From Bugula neritina (taxonomy: Eukaryota > Animalia > Bryozoa), in assembly GCA_964035545.1 (NCBI GenBank), contig OZ037769.1, positions 3,825,929 to 3,889,928 on the forward strand: 64,000 nucleotides of DNA. Direction: 5' to 3'. Shown here piece after piece: positions 26,401-39,500 of the stretch. Within the stretch, counting starts at the first letter, position 1. Each line of letters starts with the position of its first letter. The notes below the pieces were generated by a model that had not been told where the DNA came from, ran no database searches, and saw only the letters and a program-made list of their open reading frames with translations. The position numbers were made by a program, and so were the translations under genes.

Positions 26401-29400
26401 AGATGAGAAATGCTGGCCTTTCTTATTTTAATCTATAAAAAATGTATTTCAAAGTATTCATTTGAAGGCATCATTACATCCGGTAGTAATATTTCATTTC
26501 TATTTTTGAAATAGTAATTGCTATATTAGTCAAAATTCACTGTGACCTTTTTGTGGGGTTGCTAAAGAGGCTAAAAATAATTTATGCAAGTTTTGCATTC
26601 AAAAAATAATTTAAATTATTATGTTCTAATAAAATCCAGGAGTTGTGTTACTATGCTAGCTGATTTCTATTTGGGTTATTCAACAATTTCCTTTTTCACT
26701 AACTAAAAAAACAGTTATTCTACAGCAAAATTTTATCATTCAGCTTTGTCTAGCTATGGCCTTTATATTTTCACATTCTGTTGGTTTAGGGAATGCCAGT
26801 TGGCTCAGCATTTAAAAAGAATTATAACTAAGTTTTAATTCATTGGTTACATGGGCTCCAAATGGAAGAATTAGTTACATCAGTTTTGGCCATTTGTGAT
26901 TTGTTAACATGATCTCTTGCTGTATTGTATTGGCTGGTTTGAGGATTGTACTGGAATATTCTATCTCGATTATCAAACATGAATTTAGTAACCTCCATAA
27001 TTTTCTAATATTACAAAGTAACCAATGCTTTTTATAAAAGTGTAATGTTTTGGTGTTAAAGACAATTTATATTTCGTTTGCAAATAGTTGTGTCACAAAT
27101 TCTCACATCATAGTGGGGGTTACTAGCCCTAAATTTAGTCTGTTTAGCAATGCTAGAAAGGGTTGTGTTATTTAAAGTCTATTTTAGTAACAGACAACTT
27201 TTTATGGATTTTGAACTAAAAACATTTTCTATTTACTGAATCTCATGTCTCTGCTGGCATTTAGTAGTAAAATTCCTTCCTCAAGGGTCATGCCAGCTTC
27301 TGGCCAATAGTGTTGGATAAAATTCATCTCTTTATGAGAATTGTCTTTCCCATTTGAAATATGCTGAAGCTTGCTTAAAAGTCACTAAATCAACAATAAT
27401 ATCTTTATTGTACTACTATTGAACTACACTAGTTAGTCCAATTAGAAAAACTGAAATCAACTAAATTTGCAATTGAAAATTGTTATAATTTAATAAAAGT
27501 TATGAAATCAATTAAATTAGAACTATTAGATATCTGCTGTGGGTTTATCATTAGTGTTTGTCTTTTGTCCCATTAAAATTATGAAATATGAATAATATGG
27601 TGTTTGACCTTTTCATTATATAACTGAGAATATTGCCTTGTCTCTGCGTTCACCTATTTTATGGTCGAGAACAGAAGTGATGATGGCTGTGTCTGCTGTG
27701 GGTACAGAGTAATAATCCAGTGGTTTCAGTTGCACTCGTGACCCCTGTGGCATAGAACTCGAGTAGTTTATACTTCAATATACTTCAGCACAAGTTAGCT
27801 ACTGCTGCTGCTTTCCCTATACTTAGTAACTTCTTTTTCAATTAAATTTTAAGTTCAAATTTTCTTTGTTTAGATTAAAGTACTAAACTTTGACAATAAT
27901 AATTTTGCTAAGAATAAGATTGACCTATAAATGAATCATTAGTCAACCGCTTCTAAAACTAGGAATGCTTTCCCTCAACATATATATTTTCAGACACATT
28001 CATTCATAAATATAATATTCAACCTATATTACTATTGCTTTTAGGACTTTGAGTAAAATTATCGACCTGCTGTGCTGGACTTGGACTACGTTGCCAGGGG
28101 TGATGTGGCTGAGCTGAGACTAGGGTGTGTTGGTTAGACCAACAGAGACATTGGTCAGTGGTTGGTTAAGATGTAATGAAATATACCACAGCCACTGGAT
28201 CCTAACCTTCCCAATAATGAGTTGAGCAGCTAAACACTTTATTAAACAAATAAAATATGGTAACCACCCCTATATATCCTGTAATTTTATACCCCTTGCC
28301 TACAGTCAATTTTGATACCCACTGCCTTACTCCCGGTGTGTCTCTAAATGTTTACCACTTTTTCTTAAAGAAAGTTTTTTTCTCCCCAGGTTGCACTTCT
28401 GCTGAAATACATTCAATCTGTTTTTATGTAAATGTTGCTTTTATTCATCTAATTTTTAGCATGATAACTTAGTTTAACATTATTTTCTGGTATAGATACG
28501 ATGTTGGTTAAACCCTTGTATTTCTTATAAAAGGTATTTTTGTATACCTTTTCTTATTAATTGATACATTTGCGTTTTTCAAGTCAGCAATTTCGTCTAA
28601 ACATTGTTTTACCTCTAAAAACTAGCATGCAGTTTACGTTATACAAACACAATTTATACGTAATCTTATGAATAATTTCCAAAATGCATGTTTCCCGAAT
28701 GCTCACAAGGTGTTACAAAACACCAAACTCGTCATTTTTGTGCAATTCTTAAAAAATGAACCATCTGTTGGAGCGCGAGGTGTAACCGCAGGGCACACTG
28801 GTGAATAAGGCATATCACATGAGTGTTATTAATAATATAAGTATGAGTTATAAAAATATTTTGTAGAATTATGTAAAGTTGCTACCTTTGCCACAGTTGA
28901 TATTGCGTATGCACACATGTCTTGCACACTGTCATGTTGATGTATACGTTTACATCTACGTGAATCAATCGGCCAGTGTTTCAGAGTTCAAAGGAAATAT
29001 GCTGAACTCACCGATATGACTAGCTCATTTATTAACAAAAAGTTACTTCTGTCTTTAATTAATCCATATTTCTATTCTAGGCATCATGGAATCTATTTTT
29101 AGCTGCACTAAAAACTGTGAAGATTCAGCTAGAATTCCACTTCCGAGCATCTACCCAGCATTAATAGGGGAGAATCAGAGGTGGTTTGCTGATAATTAAC
29201 CCCAGTGGGAAGCAGGTAGTGCTCTCTTACTAGCTCAATTCAACGCTTCTTCTCTTTAGGCCCCAAGAGCTAATTGCTAACAGTCTCTGCTCACTTCCAT
29301 GCCAGAAAATTGTAAGCACATTTGGGCCCAAATGAACGTTATTGGGGGTATTTGATGTTGGACCACATGATAGTGTGCTAAAGATAGCACACTAAATTAC

Positions 29401-30194
29401 TAGCTAATGTGTATGTTTATTGTGTTGGAAGCCATTCATAAATTGTTATCAACTGCGCCTCTTGTTTGTAGTGCTGTGTTTGAATGGTGTTTCTGTTTCA
29501 ATGTACAATACAGTGTTGTTATGCTGCACACCTAGTCCCCCCTCTCTCTCATTCAGTACTTGGTGTACATTCTATGCTCTAACACCTTACTGTCTCTCAG
29601 CTTTACCTACTCCAACTAATTCTGGAGCTACATGAAGAAGTAACAACAGTTTGTCTAGCAGCCGGTTTCCATTTTGATCTTAGATTTTTCTTTACTCTGA
29701 GATCATTATGAAAACTGATTATTCGACAAAATCATTCCACATCAAAGATAAGTCTTACTGGAGTTTTATGCAGCCAGTGCAAGCAATGCTAGTATTTTTA
29801 AAGTTTATCTGTAAACTTAATTTTAACTAGGCCTTGCTGGTTTCGCTAGATTGTCTTTGTCAGCTGACACTCCAAACGAAAGCTGTTATCAACCATTTCA
29901 ATGAGTTTATGGTTGACATCACTTAAGATCTGTGCTTCTTTAAGCTAGCTGTGACCTAACGTCATTTGCCTGACACTTAAGCCTTCTACCACATCTAGTT
30001 GAAGCCCCATAAAAGCCTCTGGCGGTGGTCAGGTATCATATGGCTGGGGTTAAGATGGTCTAATTAGTTGACTAACGAGGAGGTTACATTCACCGGATGG
30101 CTTACCATCATCACGACCAAACTATCACTGCTTTAATTAAATTGATTAATCAAACCAGATTTCAAACTTGTTTTTCTAAAAAAAACTTGCTGAT

Positions 30195-30365
30195 TAGTCA
30201 TTGTTAGGCACATTGTTAGGCACATGGTCAGCATATGTAAAGTATCAACGGCAGCGTGTTGAAACCACATGCTATCATGTATCCACTTTGTGATTGGCTG
30301 AATGACAGGCGACTTCATTTGATTAGCAGTGTAAGTCCCCTGCTAGGAGAGGTGATTATAAAACA
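30195..30365 (+). promoter_or_regulatory. Putative SoxE proximal promoter: tandem CATTGTT Sox-type motifs, reverse CCAAT box, TATA box
   Basis: CATTGTT at 30199 and 30211 (12-bp tandem), ATTGG at 30293, TATAAAA at 30357, about 115 nt before the ATG. Function is inferred from motif match only. Confidence 0.5.
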
Positions 30366-30473
30366 TTGATACCTCAAGTTTGTTGTTCATATTTATTTAC
30401 TGCTTCGTACAACTAACATCGCTTGGTATTACTGTCTCTTAGCTATTTTCTTTTCTCACGGAATTGCTAAACT

Positions 30474-31932
30474 ATGGCTTCAGACCACAGCGAAGAATGC
30501 ATGAGCTCTCCAGCTTTCAGTGATGACTCTTCCGTAGCTGGTGGCGTAGACATCGACGATTCTGGAATACAGGAAGCGGTTAGTAATGTGTTGAAAGGCT
30601 ACGACTGGTCTTTAGTAACGTCTCAGTCGAAGGCTAATGAGCGTCGGAAACCTCACATCAAGCGTCCAATGAACGCCTTCATGGTCTGGGCTCAAGCTGC
30701 GCGCAGGAAACTGGCTGATCAATATCCACAACTACACAACGCAGAACTTAGCAAGACTCTCGGCAAACTGTGGAAGTAAGTTGGTAAAATTATAAAGTTA
30801 ATACACGCTTTTAAACGTGTTTTACAAGTCATGTAGGCATTGCTGTATACGTAATAAAACTGATAGATCTTGATGAAAAATCTAAAATCTAGTCATTTCA
30901 CACAGTTTAGCTTTTAGTAGGCCTTACATTTACATCAATATTCAATTTGTAGGTTGCTCAACAACTCGGAGAAAAAACCGTTCATTGAAGAAGCTGAAAA
31001 GCTTAGAAAGCAGCACAAAAAAGATCACCCAGACTACAAGTACCAGCCGAGAAGACGTAGATCCAATGCTAAGGCACAGCAGCTGAGTGGCAGTGGGGAA
31101 GGCCCCAGCACTGAGTTGAAAGATGAGGTAGGAATCTGGTCTATTGCCAGTAACTTACTGCTAATGTTGGTCAACTAGTAGAATGTATTTGTTTCTGAAT
31201 ATTTTTTGCTACTAAGATATAAATAAACAATTATTATTTGCTATACTTAAATAAATATTGATATATAGAAATTAGTTGTGACTGTCGTCGTAACTTTTTA
31301 CATGAATTTTTAGATTATACAATTTTATTGTATTGTTTCTGCAGGTTTCAGTGGAAAGCTGTTCAAGTCAGTCCTCATGTACTGGATTATTAAGTGTTGA
31401 CGTTTCCCATGGCGTAATTTCTCCTCCTACACCACCTAAAACTCCAAAAAATCAACCAATCACATCACAAAATATGATGCATTGTGATTACAGAATTCCT
31501 CCTCAAGGTTGGTTTTATGTTAATATTTTGGTAAAACTTATTTTATTTTAAAGTAAAACATTCACCATTTGTTTAAAAGTTATTTTCTTTTTTCAAAACG
31601 TTGTAATCATTTATATAGGTCAACCAATGGATACGTATTACCACCCCTCTGCTGCTCCACTTCCCTCCACCTCTGTGGTAGGATTTGATAGTCAAGAACT
31701 GGACCAGTATTTCCCTGATAAATCATGCAGGACGACGCAGCCACTAGCCCACTACTCCCTACCTGTAGGGGACAACTCCCAATCACAGGCTGATTATACT
31801 ACACTACAATCATGCTATGCCCCGTATGATCACCATCAGCAATATAACCTGCAGCATGAAGACTCAGCCTATTATTCTCAGCCTACTGACAGTTCTTGGT
31901 TGTCACAAACCAATTGGCTCAAACACTATTAA
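30474..31932 (+). CDS. SoxE: SoxE-group (Sox8/9/10-like) HMG transcription factor, ~317 aa, 4 exons: 30474-30775, 30953-31127, 31345-31507, 31619-31932
   Basis: SoxE dimerisation motif [17 protein letters not shown]; HMG box [43 protein letters not shown]|LL...[12 protein letters not shown]; PPTPPKTP; [14 protein letters not shown] boundaries give 954 nt in frame. Confidence 0.96.
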
Positions 31933-32631
31933 ACTTGGCAATAAGGACTAGCCATTCTGTACAATACTAAATCTATTTTATGTATTTCAATTTTCTATAA
32001 ATTTCTGTATAAAAGCAAAAGTTGCTATTGCATTTTAAACCTACATTGCAATGCAGCAAGAATTTTTTTCTATTTTTAAAAGTTATGTAAATAGCATTTT
32101 TGATTCTTTTTACTTCTATGCAAATTCAAATTTATTTGAAGAATACTCCATTCGTTTGATTCGCTACAGACAATGGCGGGACCAATGATCTGTCTCTAGC
32201 GCTATTCCATGTACATAGTCTATGCAACTATCTACATATCTACACCAGTTTACTATAGCACGTACCTTTTTCTCAATCTTCTCTATGCATGAAATTTCTA
32301 CCACTATTATGAATCTCTCTAAATTTCAAATACAAAATTCACAATTAGAAATGTTTTTGTCTAAGTTTCAACTGCATGGTAAAATTAAAGTTTAGAATTG
32401 TTTTAAAATAAGGCTTTAAACACTTAGAACTGCATTACATGGTGTCATTCTATTAAAGAGACTTGCCTAATCTATTATACTATATCTGTAACTTGAGTAA
32501 TATAATATCTGGCCAAGTGTGCAGAGGGCATGTTAGTACTTTGTTGAATAATTGGAAATTATATCTGCAAAAGCATTATAATGGAGTTTAAAGCTTGAAT
32601 AAGAAGACAATATAATTGAATGGTACAACCA

Positions 32632-33303
<672 letters not shown>

Positions 33304-34162
33304 CATATGCAAAAGATTAAAAATGCTAAAGAAATTATTTGACCGTGTCAAATTTATTGGCTAAAAGCAACTAAACTTAAAATGACAACATTTAGTTTTA
33401 TAAAATAACACATACAAAGCATTACAGTTTATAAACAAATACAAATTAAACCACTTTTTTAAGAAAATAGCTCAATTTACTTGCTAAATTGCTATTCAGT
33501 TGTATTACATAAGTTGAAACTGTTATTTTACCATTTCTTAGTTTGTGAATTACTTCAACATGTCAAAATAACAAAAACCTATAAAGCTATCTCAGTCTTG
33601 CCTCTCAACTCCCAGGGTTATTAATAATATACCCATTACGAAATTACATATACAGTTAATTTTATTCTAATGTGCAGTAAAAATTAGGATGTGAAAAGGA
33701 AATTGTAGATAATTATGAAGGGTAAGTGTTACACATGTTCACACTAGCTTCTATCATTGCACATCTTTGAGTCTATGGGAATATAGATTCATTCACACAT
33801 GTGATAATTGCTTAATCTAAAATGCTTTGTTCCATGTGAGACATCAATCATTCTAATAAATAACATAATGCTTATGATGATGCAAATAGAATCAAATTAG
33901 TAAAGTTACATGTTGCCTGTTAACCGTAATTTAATTAGAATTTTAATTTATATTCTCCAGCATTAAACAATCTCAAAAGTACTCTATACATTAGTGTGAC
34001 AATAGCTAAACCAGTATAATATTTTCTCTTTTTGTAACAATTTTTTTATAAAAACAGAATGTCTCAAATTCCTGTATATTCTAAGCTTTCATGCATTTCT
34101 AAATTATGATTTCAACTTTATATTCTACTGCTCATAGTATTGTCATACTTCCTATAAGTGGC

Positions 34163-34183
34163 GGGGGGGGGGGGGGGGGGGGG
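34163..34183. repeat. Poly-G tract (~21 nt)
   Basis: Direct observation. Confidence 0.9.
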
Positions 34184-36550
34184 ACTGGGGTGTTGCTTTT
34201 ATTTTATTCATATTTATTAACTTCAAACCACTAGCTGTTGGTATATTGTTTGTATTATAGGGGAAGGGGTATTGCTAAAATATGTGTTAAATATGTGTAT
34301 ATACTCATCTTCTTCTAAAATTCAACGGTAAAATTACTTTTATGTTGTAAAACTTAGAACTAATTTTAATACAATGGCTAAAAATAATCAATAAAATTAG
34401 AAAAAAATAATTTACTTGCTTTATATATTAGATATCTAAATTAGTTACATTCTGAATTTTTTAAAAAAAACTAAGTAATTTAGACAACAAAGCATGTTTA
34501 AATACACTTAAGCTTGCAGACCCTAAAAATAATTAGTAAAGTTGTATATATACAGCTTGCAAATAACTACTCAAGCTTAACTAAATAATTTCTCCAAGCT
34601 ACAATATGTAACAAGTTTATGGTTTCAGCTCAAAATTCTTTAAAACTTTTATAACAGTTTTCAATTCTAAAGTCTTGTAAACAATAACCAAAAAATATAG
34701 ATCATTCTACTGTCAAAGCCAAGCAATTCTTAGCTTTTAAATAATATCTTATATTTTATGTAGCAAACATTTGATTATTTTACAGCAATGTAACTTTTAC
34801 AAGACCTGATAATGTGATTGTACAAATATGTAATGGCGTAGCACCTTACAAAGTGTGCTTTGTTTGATATACATATGGCTAAAAATTCTTAGGCCATCTA
34901 TCGCAATATAATGCCTATACATGTTTACAAGTATCAAAACTATTTAGCAATATCATAAAAATAATATGTTACCAGTGGCCTGGGTTGCATTTCGACAACC
35001 CTGGTACAAATATTTTGTTATCTCAAAACGCCAAAAGTTCATTCTGAGAAATTTTCTCATCATGTTTCTCTCTGCATGCTTCTTCTGCTTTGAATACAGT
35101 TAGAACATTTGCTATCAGGTATGGAAACATGAAAACAGTCTTTATGTTTCTATATACCTCGAATATACCTGTACTATATATTTTAACAACAGCTACCGAC
35201 CAACATGCGGATATATTGAATAGGCAACATGTAACCAACTATACATAAGTAACAGCCTTTTTATATAATTTGATATTAAGTGCTGTCATTTGAACAGCTC
35301 TACAGCGTTCTTGAAATTCAAATATGCCCAGCAACTTGTAATATTAAAAATACTATTATACTATTACATCATCATCAGGCTCCTAACCTAAGGCCCTAAC
35401 ACCTGCAGTGGTATACTTCAGAGTTTAGATAAGCACTTTGCCTAATCATTATATTAATCAAGTTATATTCAATGACTAATATATGATTCATCATTTTACT
35501 GCACCTTATATAATATTATATAATTCACAGCATAAACAGAGTAAATAATACTTGCAATTCTGGAGAAAAAAGGTAGGTACACAGTCTATGAACAGGATGA
35601 AAATTGCACTGTTTCTGACTGTATTCATTTCAGTCCTTGGTGGGTAAGAGGTGGAAATCACGGTGTCTCACTATAAATTCTTATTTTTGTATCAATTTAG
35701 TTCGACTAGTGATATGATGAAGCACACATGTACTACATATGCTGTATTGCAACACTCATATGTTACTAAGTCACCACTCTCTGTCATACAGTGCAAGGTC
35801 TTTTCAGGTTCCCCAAATTTAGTAGATTATCTCCTTTTTTACTGGCACCTTTACCTTAATACTACTTATATTGCTTTTCTAAAACATACAATATTTTTCA
35901 TATATATACATAAATAACTGCGCTGCAAGATTCTCCACGCTCACTATTTGAATTAAATATCAAAAATTACTCCAAAACTATATTATAGTAATATAAAGTA
36001 AGAGTTGGAATAAAATTCGCAACAGTATGTAATATGTATTTTTGTAACTTAGTAGTGTTTATAATTAATTAAAAACCATTTGTTTTCAATACTATAATTT
36101 TCCATTGCTATATCTCAGTATTCTATTTACTAAATTATAATTGCAATATCTCAACAATCCACAGGGGGGTTGAGCTGTATCAGTATCACTAGCTTATAAG
36201 AAGCTATGAAATGTAAACATTATTGATTTAAATTCAAATCATTTGTAGTTAATATTGATTTGTTTTTGAGCAACTGTAATGTAAAGCTAAATGATTTTAT
36301 GACGTAGGTGTAAGAACTAACATGGACCAAGCCTAGTTCAAATCCAGTTCAATAATCATCGTTACTTATAGATGTATTATATTCCTAAACAATCAATGCA
36401 CATTAAGCTGCCATTTCTTTGTTGTTCTGTTGCTACAACAAGGGATGCTGCGCTGTTACTGCAAGTAGGCCTCAGTATAGACTGCACTAAAGCAGCAGCA
36501 GCAGCAGTGACAGCACTCATTCTCTGTAAAGTATCATACAAGAAGTCACC

Positions 36551-39500
36551 ATGCCGGAGGAATCGGTAAAAGTGGCTGTCAGGGTTCGACCATTCATATC
36601 CTTTTTCTGCAAACTATCTAGAGTGTTCGTAATTAGAAGAAAGCTAATTTTGATTTGTAGTTATGAATGCCTGGTCACACTAACAGCAACAGATATTGCA
36701 GCTTTCACAGTCATCTTACTTATTGTTATTAGGAAACGTTATTAGTAAAAAGTATTTTTAGCTTCTGTTTTAGTGAATAATAGAATAATCATATAATGAA
36801 TGTATATCTAGTAGCCTACATTATAATGAAGGTAACAGTGAACAACCCAGCCAGTACACACTTTAGTTGGGCCAATTTTAACATAAACGCAAACAAATAT
36901 TTGTTTTTATTAGTATTATTGTTTTTAGAAAGTTATGGTAATAACATTAAGATTTTGGAAAGTAATTCTATGCAATTAAAGTAAATATATACATACAAAT
37001 ACTTAGTCAATTTAAATAAGGTAATTATGATGTTTTCGAATATTGATAATATTGTACATATCAGTCTTAAAAACACACCCGCACACACTTGACCTTGACT
37101 AGCTGTATACAATAAAAGAGAGCGTGCCAGAAATGCCACTTGTATAGTGGATATGAAAGGAATTGAGACGGTACTAACTGACCCAGAAGGAGAGGACGAA
37201 CCCAGAAAGTTTGCGTTTGACTTCAGTTATTGGTCATTTGATGGCAGCAAAGCCGATGCCAATGGATATTATGGTCCAGATCCTAGTCATCCAAATGGGA
37301 AGAAGTTCTGTGACCAGGTATTTGATTGGCTCTTGTAATAAATTGTGTATTACTATTGGTTGTTGTAAACAACTGGTTACTATATAAAGTATTGAAATAA
37401 TGTTAGTCTAAACTCTAACTGCTAAATAAGTGCTACACCTACTCTATAGCATGCTTGTCAACCAAAACTCCTTAACTGCAATGAATAACCATATAAACTA
37501 GTTACACAGAGCAAAATTGTTTGCTCAGTTATTTTAAGCCTCACCATGCAAGCAAGTTAGAGTTTTACAATAGTTATTTACATTAAGTGATGTCCTAATA
37601 CAATATACTGTGTACCATGGTTTGAATACCTGTCACACTGACCTCCAACAGTTGCTATAAATAAATATTCATGCCCAGAATCTCAGACCTCAAACAACTA
37701 GAAACTAAAGAATTGTCAATTTTTTATAGCCATTAGCTCAATAATTATATATTTTTTTAATGTAAGAACTTTTCACTTTTCTCACATTTTAGAACCGTGT
37801 GTTTGATGATTTGGGTGTGGGAGTCCTAAACAATGCATGGGAAGGATTCAACTCAACTCTCTTCGCCTACGGTCAAACAGGAAGTGGCAAATCCTGGTCA
37901 GTGGTTGGATACGGCATCAATAAAGGTAAATTCACTTTTGGTGTAACAGTTGTTTGAGTAGTTTTCAATGACAATGCTCTTACCTAGCTATAGTATAAGC
38001 TAAAAAAATTTTATATTAATTGTTTTTGAATCTCAAACTATATTGATAAATATTTGTCAATACAATAACATTTACTTATTGGGCTGTTTACCTCAACATA
38101 TTATGCATTATCAACTGTACTAGAAACACATGCATTTAATTTCTGAACGTGCTTTAAACAACTAAGTGTATTATTTCTCAAATTGTAGTGCAGTGCAAAA
38201 ATATCTAGAAAATTCATAGGAATGAAAAAAGCAATGCAAAGCTATGCTTATGAAGCAGTGATATAAGAATACATTCAAAGAAAGAGATTAGAAATCATGA
38301 AAATCAATATAGTATTCTTCTAGATACTAGTTACTAGCTAATTGTCATAAAGTTGAAAATAGATGTTATAGCTATAAACACAGTTACTAGCAATGTATAA
38401 AATTCAATAAGCTTTTGTTTAAAGTTATAATAAATTATATATTATAAGAGCATTTAGCCTACATGTGGTTTTTGCCCTCTGAAGTAAAAGTTTTATATAG
38501 TAATGTGGTGTTTAGAATAAAGTATGAGTGGTTGTTACCCATAATTAAAGCCAATACCTATAAATAAAACCATCATCTATAAATAAAACCACATCATATG
38601 ACAAGATATGAATGAGATCAACTAATAAAAAAATAATTGTAAGTAAAGCCTTATTCAATTGTCAACACAGTGGTTGATCAGGCATTAAAAAGTATTTTTA
38701 CTATTAACTAATCAATGATATTATGTAATAAGTATTATAGCAATAATGTTGTTTGGTGTGCAGGAATCGTACCCAAGTTCTGTGAGAAGATATTCCAACA
38801 GATAGATGAGAAGAAGGCAGGGGGAGATAACACCGAGTACCAGATTATATTCAGCATGTTAGAAATATACAATGAGGAAGTAAGAGACTTGCTTGTCTCG
38901 TCCAATCCTAGGGGTGGTATGAAAATAAGAGAGAATCCAGCTACAGGGTTCTATGGTAAGCGAAGAATTCATCATCTATAGTATTCCTTTCTTTTTTCCT
39001 GCGTATAAACTATATTATTACAAGGTTATGCTTAGCTTTATTCAAAGAATAGTAATAATTATGTAATATGTTATATGGTTTTAACTTGGTGAAATGTTTG
39101 AAATAAGCATATATTTGGTAGAAGACATTGATGTTATTATTACACACTTTTGCTAATATGATTAGGATATTAGCCAAATCTCCAATAATATTTGTTATTA
39201 TTTTTAGTAATAATAAGCGTCTAGCAAGACAGAGTGCAGTTTCTGTGGGTACTACTTTTGTTGATAAAAAATGAACTTTTTAGCTGCAAATATTTTGATC
39301 AGTGTATGCTGGCAGCAGATATTTGATAGTCATTGCTGACTTATGCTACATCTAACTAGAAAAAAATTTAAAGAAATTTTGTCACCTATAATCCATGATT
39401 AAATGTCATGTGTTATATCCAATAGCGCAAGGACTGACCATGTTCCCAGTGGCGAGCTACGCTGCCATAGAAAGTAAAATGGAGGAGGGGACGCAGAACC

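Noticed and set aside
36425-36445. X-box in the kinesin promoter (GTTGCTACAAC)
   Set aside because: Half-site spacing is too short for the RFX consensus.
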